From positions 26,288,001-26,352,000 of the forward strand of contig NC_043017.1 of NCBI RefSeq assembly GCF_006345805.1: a stretch of 64,000 nt of DNA, given 5' to 3'. The number at the start of each line of letters is the position of its first letter. Position 1 is the first letter of the stretch. The translations under genes and the position numbers were made by a program. The notes beneath the pieces were generated by a model. It had not been told where the DNA came from, ran no database searches, and saw only the letters and a list, made by a program, of their open reading frames with translations. Of the stretch, positions 53,147 through 64,000 are shown piece after piece. This stretch comes from Octopus sinensis. Its lineage: Eukaryota.

Positions 53147-53529
53147 TATCGGTTGAAACTGATAAGGAATTGTTAGCTTTCTTGTTCTGATTTCTCTTTA
53201 GCAGTCAGGCATAAGTCATTTATCACACATTGTCATGAATGTTGTGACTAAAGTTACTAATGACACAAAAGCACACACGCACAACACATGTGAGTATCGA
53301 GAGTTCGAAGTGATGTACAGACATTATATCTTAAGCAAAATGGAGAATTATGGGTAATTATTTATTAGCCCTTCCGTCCGTTGAATATGACTCTTCAGAT
53401 ATGATTTACAGAAAACTGCTTTAGCCTTCTATACGTATCGCCAAAAGGATGTAGTTTTGTTTTGCTTAGAAAAGGAGAAAGAGACAAGAGGAAGGAAGGT
53501 AGGAGAGGAGGAGAGAGAGTAAGATATTT

Positions 53530-53917
53530 TGGAAGCACTCCGTCGGTTACCATGATGAGGGTTCCGGTTGATCCGAATCAACGGAACAGCCTGCTGGTGA
53601 AATTAACGTGTAAGTGGCTGGGCATTTCACAGACACGTGCACCCTTAACGTAGTTCTCGGGGATATTCAGCGTGACACAGAGAGTGACAAGGCCGGCCCC
53701 TTGAAATACAGGTACAACAGAAACAGGAAGTAAGAGTGAGAGAGAAAGTTGAGGTGAAAGAGTACAGCAGGGGTCGCCACCATCCCCTGCCGGAGCCTCG
53801 TGGAGCTTTTCAGGTGTTTTCGCTCAATAAACACTCACAACGCCCGGTCTGGGAATCGAAACCGCGATCCTATGACCGTGTGTCTGCTGCCCTAACTACT
53901 GGGCCATTGCGCCTCCA
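53530..53917 (-). mobile_element. SINE family B
   Basis: Near-consensus; TSD AGAGAGTAAGA on both sides. Confidence 0.92.
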
Positions 53918-54322
53918 CAGAGAGTAAGAGCGAGAAAGAAGTTCGTTTTCTGTCCCTATTTCTCTTTCCAAATTTTCGTTTCTTCCTTTCCGTTCTTTCT
54001 TCTTCCTATCAACGTCCTGTGAAATTGATATCTGGAAATGTCATTTAGCATTTAACCGTATGTTAAGTTGAAGTTCATACCAAAGTATGTGCTTTGTTCT
54101 GCCATCTTTTCTTTTTCCTGTCACCTCCAGCCTCCTCTCCCTCATCCTCTCCTACCTTCTTTCTTCTATTCTCTTTCTTCTTCCGTAACATCAATCGCTT
54201 TTGGATTTTATACAAATGGAAAAAAAAAATCCGTGGAATACATCTCAAGAATTCTATTAAAGACATGAAAGCCCTACAAACAATTATCCAAAATTCTGAC
54301 TGCCTCCTTACCTTAATATATA

Positions 54323-54359
<37 letters not shown>

Positions 54360-54382
<23 letters not shown>

Positions 54383-54633
54383 GTGGTGTGTGTGTGTGTG
54401 TGTGTGTTTGTCTGTGTGTGTGTGTGTGTATTATGTGTTTGTGTAAAGAGATGACACTAGGGAAAAGCAAATGAAGTGCATTACACAATACTTGGTTTTT
54501 GCGTAGTCGTCCCTTTGTTTTCTATTACCACTCTATACCCATGTACCATTGCTTTCTGCACAATCATCAGGTTACTAGTCTGGGCATGGACAGGTGAAAT
54601 ATCACTATACATACATTCATATATATATATATA

Positions 54634-54674
<41 letters not shown>

Positions 54675-54918
54675 GGTGTGTGTGTGTGTGGTGTGTGTGG
54701 TGGTGTGTGTTTGTCTGTGTGTGTGTGTGTGTATTATGTGTTTGTGTAAAGAGATGACACTAGGGAAAAGCAAATGAAGTGCATTACACAATACTTGGTT
54801 TTTGCGTAGTCGTCCCTTTGTTTTCTATTACCTCTCTATACCCATGTACCATTGCTTTCTGCACAATCATCAGGTTACTAGTCTGGGCATGGACAGGTGA
54901 AATATCACTATACATACA

Positions 54919-54925
<7 letters not shown>
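54360..54925. repeat. Tandem duplication (~300-bp unit) bounded by (TA)n(TG)n
   Basis: GTAAAGAGATGACACTAGGG..CACTATACATACATTC repeated almost identically. Confidence 0.9.
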
Positions 54926-54974
<49 letters not shown>

Positions 54975-54982
<8 letters not shown>

Positions 54983-55868
54983 GAATTTGTGAGATATTTG
55001 TTGATAGATTTATAATAACACATAATAAATTTATTTCTTGAACAATGCTATGACGATAAAAATAAAACTTCTTTTCTATAATGTTATTCAAAAAGCCACC
55101 TTCAGCTTCAACACCTGCTTCTGTATAAGATCTAAATCATCTTCATGCTCGAATCAAGTGGTCCTGGTTCATTTTCGACATGACTGTGGCTATGGCAGCT
55201 TTTGAAGGATCTTTGGTGTTATGGGCTTGTTCATTGACCTCTCTCTCAAAAACGTTCCACATGTAATAGTCCAATGGGTTGAGATCTGTGGAATTAGAAG
55301 GCCAAATGTTAGGGGTTATGTGACCATGACAATGTTCAACCATCAATTCCAGTGTTACTAAAGCCAGGTGTGATAGTGCAGAGACTTACGGAAACACATA
55401 TGACATTCGATTGCATACACTGTTTATCCACGGCTGAACAATTACTTCCAGATCCTCAATGTAGGCGGCAGATTCAATGCTAAGGCCTTGTGGAAATAAT
55501 TATAGAAGCATCACATGTCCTTCGTTGCTTCCAATCCTTAAAACTATGACAGATGCAAGAAAATTTGTATGCATAATACTTGAAACTTCAGAAGGGTTTG
55601 CGCATCGCTAGCCATGATTTCTTCAGTTAACTTTTTGATTTTGGTCGAAGTTTTTCTCGTTTGAGAAAAACAAGATCAAATCTTCTTTAGTTGGATTTTT
55701 CAGTTTGTTTAAGAGCTTTATATCCACAATAACAGCATGCCTCTTAATGTTTTGTGTAGGCTGAAAATATGCTATTTCTATTTTCTGAAACAAAGTTTAT
55801 ACAGTGCTAGCAAAATATGCAGCAATGACCAAAAAATGTATGTAACCAAATACCTTACGCAGCCTGTA
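54975..55868 (-). mobile_element. Tc1/mariner-superfamily transposon remnant (maT/DD37D-like)
   Basis: Minus strand FFSNEKNFDQNQKVN and IWPSNSTDLNPLDYYMW transposase motifs with stops and frameshifts; TA-flanked ends. Confidence 0.8.
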
Positions 55869-56621
55869 TATATAAAGATACATGCATATATACACATACA
55901 TACACTTACACATACACATACACACATATATATATATATATACATATATACATATATATATACATACAAATACACACACACACACACACACACAAATACA
56001 CACACACATATATTTATGTATACACTTATATATGATTGTATATATACATTTTTTATGCCTTGATGTTTTCTAAAAGAACATTCGGAATTTCTATTGGCTA
56101 GATATTTTCACAATCGGGCCTCTCTACGCGAATGGATGCATACTGGAATTGCTGCTATATTTGGGATTATATGTAAAATAATTGATATTATTTTTAACAA
56201 TTTCGTTAATCAATAATTACATTTGTCATGGTGCCAGAAGTAATTGACAATTAAAATTGCCTTCTTATTTTAGTTTTGTTTATTTTTGTAAGTACATTAG
56301 TCCCTGTAAGTTTGTTTGCTTGGATTTTGTTTATATTTTTTGTAAGTTTGTTGGCTTGTCCTATTGTTAATTGCCCTAACTGAAGTGCCTTAGAGTAAAG
56401 GAAATTTTGTGTTCCGTTATTAAAGTCAGTTAACTCTCTCATCCTTGCAAATTATATTTCACCCTGAAATATAATCGTCCAGACATTATATTAATTTTGC
56501 TAATCAGGTCACGCAGAAAATCTGGCACCGCCAAACGCCCATCTGACTAACCGACCGAACACAAGTGCTACTGCAAAAACCAAGAACAACTACTACTACT
56601 ACTATACTACTACTACTACTA

Positions 56622-56657
<36 letters not shown>

Positions 56658-56787
56658 GACAAAGGCAACTGCTGCTGCTGCTGCTGCTACTACTACTATT
56701 TTTAATAATACTATTACTACGACGGCGACGAAGACGATTGATGATGATAATGATGATGATGATGACGATGATGATGATGATGAAGTG

Positions 56788-56831
<44 letters not shown>

Positions 56832-56859
56832 TAATAATAATAATAATAATAATAATGAT

Positions 56860-57161
56860 GATTTGGGGTTTGAATAATTCACCTCTGGAAACATGGGTGG
56901 TTCTTTCAACATCCTTAAACAACCCTTATTCAGGGACCTTTTGAGCGGTATGGGCTACTCAACCAGAAGAAAATTCTAACTGGGCCCCACCTGCAAGGTC
57001 ATGTGCTGTTTATCTTGATATAAGATCACCATGTCGCGCACATATGGTTGTGATGCATGTGCCTGGTGTACCCTTATCAGACGGGTAGTCATGATGGGTA
57101 TATTGGGCTTCGTATATTTTACCCCAGTGTCACTTTGATGGCATGAACTGCTCTCTCACTC

Positions 57162-57205
<44 letters not shown>

Positions 57206-57367
57206 TAATAATAATAAATTTTGATATGAGATCACCATGTCGCGCACATATAGTTGTGAGGCATGTGTCTGGTGTACACTTATCAGACGGGTAGTCATAT
57301 GGGTATATTGGGCTTCGTATATTTTACCCCAGTGTCACTTTGATGGCATGAACTGCTCTCTCACTCA
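56860..57367 (+). mobile_element. Two 5'-truncated copies of a retroelement 3' end inserted in (AAT)n
   Basis: 56860-57165 and 57220-57367 both end ..GAACTGCTCTCTCACTC(AAT)n but have different 5' ends. Confidence 0.7.
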
Positions 57368-57974
57368 ATAATAATAATAATAATAATAAGTAGAAGGAGA
57401 AGAAGAAAAAGAAGAAGTAGAAGAGGAAGAAAAAGAGGAAAAGAAGAGGAGGAGGAGGAGGAGGGGGAGGGGAGGAGGCAGAAGAGGAAGTAGTAGAAGA
57501 AGTGGAAGAAGAAGAAGAAGAAGAAGAAGAAGAAGAAGAAGAGAAGAAGAAGAAGAAGAAAAAGAAGAAGAAGAAGAAGAATACTTCTTTTTCCGATTCA
57601 TATAAAAATCAGCAATGTAGTCGTTAACTGGGCGTTTATTTATTTCCTTGACCTCAAAAAGAGAAAAGAAAATGCTGACCACGCCAATAAATAAAGAAGT
57701 GATAAAAAGCATAACAAATATAAGTATGGTATTGCTCCAGAAAATATAGACTTGCTTACAAAGCCAAGTCTAGTGAACTAGTCCATGTATACTCAACATC
57801 AATAACTTCATTTTCAGCCCAGTGAATAAGACTCCAGTAATTATATAAAAACTTATGATAGAGATCGACCAGATATGAAACCTATCAGCAAAAAAAAAAA
57901 AAAGCCGGTTTATTGACACGAAAATGTAATTTAATTCAATGCTGTATAGAAAGAAATAAAACGTAAAATGTATT

Positions 57975-58180
57975 TACGGAGATGTACTTGCATAGCAAGT
58001 GATTTGATCTGAGATCGTGTGCTGAAACGAAAACAATTGCCGCGTGGAAGGTGTTTGTAAGCCATTTAAGAAACACACAGAAATATTTTGACAAATTAAA
58101 CTTAAATGTTGAAGTGAATCGAACGGCTTTTGTGTGTTTCTGAAATGGCTTACAAACACCTTCCACGCTGCAATTGTTTG
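57975..58180. repeat. Dispersed repeat with inverted arms, related to 2790-2980
   Basis: AACAATTGCCGCGTGGAAGGTGTTTGTAAGCCATTT..AAACACACA is mirrored at 58131-58178. Confidence 0.75.
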
Positions 58181-58200
58181 TAAAATGCATTGTATTATAT

Positions 58201-58588
58201 CAAGCAAGAACTGGGCGCCACTGCGTGGTGCCAAGGACTCCAAATTTGCCATCAAGATGTAGGACATGATACTGTGATAGCCTGGGCTTCCGAGGCCCAC
58301 AGCTCTTCAATATCCTCCCGAAGAACCTAAGAGACCTGCATGGGGTGGATGCAGATGTCTTTAGAATGAAACTGGATCTCTTCTTGTCAGGTATCCCAGA
58401 TGAACCAACTTCACGGCAGGAGGTGCAGATGAGGGCAGCTGCATCGAACTCTCTCATGCACCAAATGGCAGTTGCTAAAAAGCATTCGTGAAGTAAAACC
58501 ATGTAGCAATACCAGATGGCGGTGCCCCAGCATGGCCACAGCTCGTGAGCTGAAACTAGATAAAATAAAATAAAATAAAAATAAATAA
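58201..58588 (+). mobile_element. 3' fragment of CR1-like LINE
   Basis: RTGRHCVVP..GFRGPQLFNILPKNLRDL..KLDLFLSGIPDEP..RAAASNSLMHQ..*, short 3' UTR, (TAAAA)n tail. Confidence 0.8.
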
Positions 58589-58673
58589 AGTACTTTTAAT
58601 TACTGGCAAATCTACCAGCTAATTAATGTCTGTGTTCTACACATTGACAGCGTCATACGCGATGTATCTGCCA

Positions 58674-58798
58674 TGAGACCGATAGAATAAGTACTAGGCT
58701 TACAAAAAATAAATCCTAGGGTCAATTTCCTCGACTAAAGGCGGTGCTCCAGCATGGCCGAAGTTAAATGACTGAAACAACTAAAAGAGTAAAAGAGT
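58674..58798 (+). mobile_element. SINE family A 3' fragment
   Basis: GAGACCGATAGAATAAGTAC..AAAAGAGTAAAAGAG. Confidence 0.85.
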
Positions 58799-59477
58799 TA
58801 TGCATTTAAGCATACTTCATAGTTGCTTTGAGTAGCTTTGAGAGTATCAAACACGTTTGGTAGTTTTCCTTTGCAGCGCTACGGTAGCACTCATCATTCA
58901 TAATGAACAGACTCTGAGCATTTCGATAATATTAGTCTCCCAAACGTCAGTATCATAACGACACAAATGATATCAGCATCTGGTCATTTGTATAACTGTC
59001 AACGCATCGTATATTTAGCGATAATCTATATATACACACTAGAATTGTATTTAGTAGGACAACGTGATAATTAGCCTCTTAACGCAAACGCATGTTGCGT
59101 TGGCGAAATTGGAGATGCATACATTAACTGTGAACGCATCTATGGTTTGAATTTGTATACTGAAACATCTTAATTAATTGGGCACAATGGGAGAATGGGA
59201 AAGAGTTTAACTACGCAATGGTGTAATGTATGTGTTTAGGTATATTAATTACAAGAGCTTCAGTAATGAAAATGGTAGGTGCTCGTTGAAGTATAATGAC
59301 ACATAAACAGGAAACCAGGTGCAAGCACACACGCAGCCATACGCATTATACTAACTAAATAAAATATATATATATATATATATATGCATATATATATATA
59401 TATTTATATATAGATATATGCATATAGATATATATATAAATATATATATAGATATTATATATATATATATATATTAT

Positions 59478-59514
<37 letters not shown>

Positions 59515-59690
59515 ATCTATATATATGTGTGTGTGTATGTGTGTGTCTGTGTGTCTGTGTGTTTGTGTGTGTGTCTACATCTTTCTCTCATTCGCTGTGT
59601 CTACATACATATATTTATTTGTTTATAAATATATAATTATATTTATATGTATCTCTCTTCTCTCTGTCTCTCTTTCTCTTTCTGTGTGTG

Positions 59691-59735
<45 letters not shown>

Positions 59736-61123
59736 TAAGTAATATTCGTAGCCACTTTAACATGACCGTACGTTCGAACGAACTCTACTGCAATTTTTTA
59801 ACCCCAAGATGATATCTCCTCTAGCTGGTTAACGATGCCGAGCTGCATCCGATAAATTACTAGCAAGGGACCGAACGAACCCCTACCACATTCTAGCAAT
59901 GGGACCAGCAGAACAGCCCTGGTTTCAGCCGATTTCTGCCACTCTTCAGTACTGCAAAAGATGGCAGTAGTTCGCTACTCTTCACAATATATATAATTCA
60001 AATGAGAAACATTCGCTGATTTCGTAACAGGGAAAGCTGCCAGTCATGGATTTCTCGAAGAGATCAAAGCATTAGTTTTACTGTCATATTAGAACGTTGA
60101 TATCTTAGAGCCAAATCAACTCTAAGAAATGAAAAATATGTAATGGCCATTATGTATATTTAGTCATATATATCACTCCGTGTAAAAACCAGTTTGACTT
60201 GAGTGCAACCTCGCATTTACAATTTAGAATTGGATGCTGACATAAGAATACTCGGAGTTATTCTCTAATCTAAATAATCTAAACAACAATGAACAATAAA
60301 TGATAACTTCGCGTAATTAAAGAGACCTTAGGAAGTATTAGGAAGTGTGTGTTTCTGTGATATTTCTCCAATTTTCTCATTTCAGTAAATAAAAATTTAC
60401 GTTAACACTTCATCAGGCATTTAATACCGGTTTCGTAAGAAGAAACGTGGCGTTGATACTCTTACTCTCTTCCTATAGCGAAATGTGCAGTAAGCAAGAT
60501 ATATTAAAACAGAGAATCTTCCAAACGATAGAAACGATGATGAAGCCTAATGCCAGGATCTATTACTTTATGGCCATAATACATGTTCTCATGTCATAAA
60601 TGCATCAACAATGTTAATCAACAAAGGACTACTGATCCGTGGATAACAACAAAATCAACAGTAACAGAGAACACTAATTAACAAATTTGGTTAATTGCAG
60701 CTATTAGCGGTGATTTTATTCTTAATTTAGTGAATATTGTGATGAAGGTAAATTATGATATTAATGCTATTAGCGAAAATTGCGAGTGCAACGTCGCTGA
60801 GGGCTGTATTAATGTCACCCTTGAATATAACGACCATGTATGTTCACGGGATTCGTTTCGTTGTGTTTGTTATTTGAATTTAGCTAGAAATTTTCGGTGT
60901 TGATCAAAGGGGCAAGATGATCAAAGGGACGATATGATCAAAGGTTTTGTAGCTGTTGCCCTCTTTCCTATTCTGAGGTTCCAAGTGTCATACGATTAAG
61001 TTTGCGCTCCTATATGGGGAGATCGGCTCCGATTTCAAGGATATTTCATTTTCTTTTTCTAACCGGAATTTCATACACGATTGAGAGAATGAACAAGATA
61101 TTCGATCAACATTCTTATTACTA

Positions 61124-61300
61124 TTGGCAGAATCGTGAGCACGCTGGACGAAATGCTTAGCGATGTATCGCCCATCGATACGTTGCGATTTCGAATTTCG
61201 CTGAGGTCGACTTTGCCTTTCATAATTTCGGGGGTCGATAAATTAAGTACCAGTGAAACACTGAGGCCTCAATGTAATTGACTTAATCCCTTCCCCTCAT
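61124..61300 (+). mobile_element. SINE family C (diverged)
   Basis: TGGCAGAATCG..GAGGTCGACTTTGCCTTTCAT..GGGGTCGATAAATTAAGTACC. Confidence 0.75.
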
Positions 61301-61319
61301 ATTTCCCATTTTAAATAAT

Positions 61320-62070
61320 CATAGGTGCTTATTTTTTTATTCTTCTTTCACATTCATGCAGCCGCTATAGGGGCATGCTATGCCGGGTATCATAAATGTT
61401 CTTTCTTTTTTATTCACCACAGCAATGTCCAGTATCCGATGTCTGGTCGGGTGATCGCACTGGATAATTACATCCCACAAGAATTTGTAGTTCTCAATTT
61501 GGATGACTCCTTTTAGGTTTTGCTGATACCATGTCCTTGCTTTTTGAAGGCCGTGATTTTTGCCACATTTTCATAGCGTCGTTTGTATTCGCGTTGCGCC
61601 AATTTCGGGCATTCGCTAACGATGTGCCATACCGTTTCACCTCTCTCACCACGCATTCTACATTTGTTGCTATCGGTAATCTTGTCAAATGTGCACTTCA
61701 TATAATTGATCCCTAATGCTTGATCCTGAACTGAACCTATGAGTGCTTCAATCTCTATATTCAGGTTGCTCTTCCTCTTCCATCTGTTTTGGAGTTCACT
61801 TCTCTTGCAAACTGACCGTACATGTTTTCCCTTCCGTGATTTCCCTTTTTCGACGCTCAAATATTTCTTTAAATTTTTCTTTAGTTAAAAATGTTCAGTT
61901 TAGTTGACGCCGAACTTCTTCGTGTGCTCCACCAGTGGCTCCACGGCGTTTTTTATATACCACGCAAGGCTATTTTCGTCTGCTTCGATACAGTCCTGGA
62001 AACTGATCAAACTCCGCCACGCATTCTTCTGGACAAACATATCGGTGTCACACTTAGGAATGAGAAGCCA
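61320..62070 (-). mobile_element. R4/Dong-like (RLE) LINE fragment, degenerate
   Basis: LISFQDCIEADENSLAWYIKN; VQDQALGINY..CRM..ETVWHIVSECPKLAQREYKRR (CCHC region); IQCDH..RILDIAVVNKK..IACP (RLE endonuclease region). Confidence 0.85.
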
Positions 62071-62959
62071 GGGTTGGGTTCAAAAGTCGACAAGGACCCA
62101 TTATGAAGGCTAGAGAGTAAATCAGGGGAAACGTTGTGATAACATCAACAAGATGAAGACATATATCCGCCCAATGTAAATAAAGTAAGTAATGTACAGG
62201 ATTCCTCATTTCTAAAATATAGGACATCCGTCCATTGTTTGTTTGTTTACACCTGACGTCTCCACTACAAAACGTTGTATCAAAAATCATAGCTTGCTAT
62301 AAATTCTATGGACTATCAATTGATAGTACCATCACAAATGATAGAAAGTGCACTGCTAACAGTACAACAGGTTATTGGCTTAAAAAACGTTTAGTATAAT
62401 TCATTGTATATTATAGCTGTATGTCGATATACCGAATCCCTACAATTCATTAATCATATAGATGTAGGCGCAGTCTTTAAGCTGAAATATTCGTGAGGCA
62501 AATAAGAGTTATTGTATGGCTATTTGGTTAACATTCAGTTAGTTTTAGCTTTAAGTTACCGCGTATTTTCTGATCAAGTTCACACCCTTTTGTTGAAAGT
62601 CATTTCAGTGTTTTACCAAACGCCTGGACAGCCACATAGATCTCAGGAAATCAATATAACTCAATCTGTTCAACCTTGTTCTAGACGTATGTTAGAAGTA
62701 ACAGTAAAATAAAATTTAGTATGTATTAATTTACTAAATGTATTTCAATAATCATTCAGTTTAAGTTTTGAATGTTGAAACATAAAAAGAAACATTCCTA
62801 TATCTACATACATGTAAACAGGCATTTATGTATACATACGTACACACACACGCGCACAGACACACACACAAACACACATACAATCATACAAACACCCACA
62901 CCAATATATGCATGCATAAATGTGTATATAGATAGAGATAGACGTATACAAAGTGACCG

Positions 62960-63035
62960 AGAGACATAAATACAACTAAATACATAGATAGATACATAGA
63001 TAGATAGATACATACATACATACATAGGTACACAG

Positions 63036-63067
<32 letters not shown>

Positions 63068-63083
63068 ATATATATATATATAT

Positions 63084-63117
<34 letters not shown>

Positions 63118-63227
63118 TAGATAGATACATATATACATAGATACATAGATAAATACATACATACATACATACATATATAGATACACATATATATAATATA
63201 TATATATATATATAGATAGATAGAGAG

Positions 63228-63297
<70 letters not shown>

Positions 63298-63610
63298 CAT
63301 AGATACATAGATAAATACATACATACATACATACATACATAGACTGATATATTGATAGATTGATAGATAGATTAGATAGATTGACAGTCATATATATATA
63401 TATATATATAGATAGATAGATAGATAGTTAGATATAGAGATAGATAGATACATAGATATATAGACTGATAGAGAGATAGACAGACAGACATATATATATA
63501 TAGATAGATAAACAGATAGCTAAATAAATAAATAGATAGATAGATAGATAAATAAATAAATAAAGAGATAAATAGATAGATACATACATACATGCATACA
63601 TAGATAGATG
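62960..63610. repeat. Compound (GATA)n/(CATA)n/(TA)n microsatellite
   Basis: Directly visible. Confidence 0.95.
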
Positions 63611-64000
63611 CGTGTTCATCACGCATCTACGCTCGAGTAAATTACTTCCTAATAATCAGAAGGATAACTGCCAAAAGAAGAATCCAAGAGAGTCGGCATG
63701 CAGACATGCTATTTGATACTACAAATCGTTTACTAAAACTGTATTCAGATTCAACAGAGAGTAACTCTGATGGAAGGAAATGTATAATTAAAAAATCACA
63801 CTATGTGCCGTGGTGATTATGAACCCACTAATTGATTGATGTTGAAATTAAATTAACTAATTAATTTAAAACTTTGATTTGGAGTCCTAAGGCTATTTTG
63901 AGGAAAATTAATATATTATAAGGCAACATGCAGCGGTTGATTTTGGTGTGCGTATTGGAGTACAGAGCCAGCAAGAAGAATGCTTGTAGTTACCATTATG

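Noticed and set aside
59900-59960. Minus-strand CTGAAGA..GAAAC hammerhead-like motif (also 1128-1240)
   Set aside because: Stems I and II could not be paired convincingly, and each is single-copy in the window.

Overview
AT-rich, repeat-dominated eukaryotic (animal) DNA with one 100-N gap (38469-38568). The SINE repertoire and extreme (TA)n/(CA)n/(AAT)n/(CAT)n load suggest a coleoid cephalopod, probably Octopus (inference, not verified). No intact protein-coding gene is supported; nearly all ORFs in the track come from microsatellites or SINEs, leaving two weak candidate exons. Contents: about 18 copies or fragments of one tRNA-derived SINE (family A), a modular second SINE group (B) with swapped heads and tails, a third SINE (C), decayed LINE pieces (CR1-like, RTE, R4/Dong-like), Tc1/mariner remnants and MITEs, a Helitron helicase relic, a non-autonomous Helitron, a 109-bp satellite and three local duplications. 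The most interesting signal is a set of at least three short non-coding repeat families, embedded in (TA)n or (AAT)n, that fold into minimal hammerhead ribozymes of the Penelope-like-element (PLE) type. One joins a tRNA-derived Pol III head, an (AAT)n linker and a hammerhead tail (16259-17390, two copies head-to-head); another is a foldback palindrome of a hammerhead fused to its own antisense. All alignments and folds were done by eye, so coordinates are approximate.
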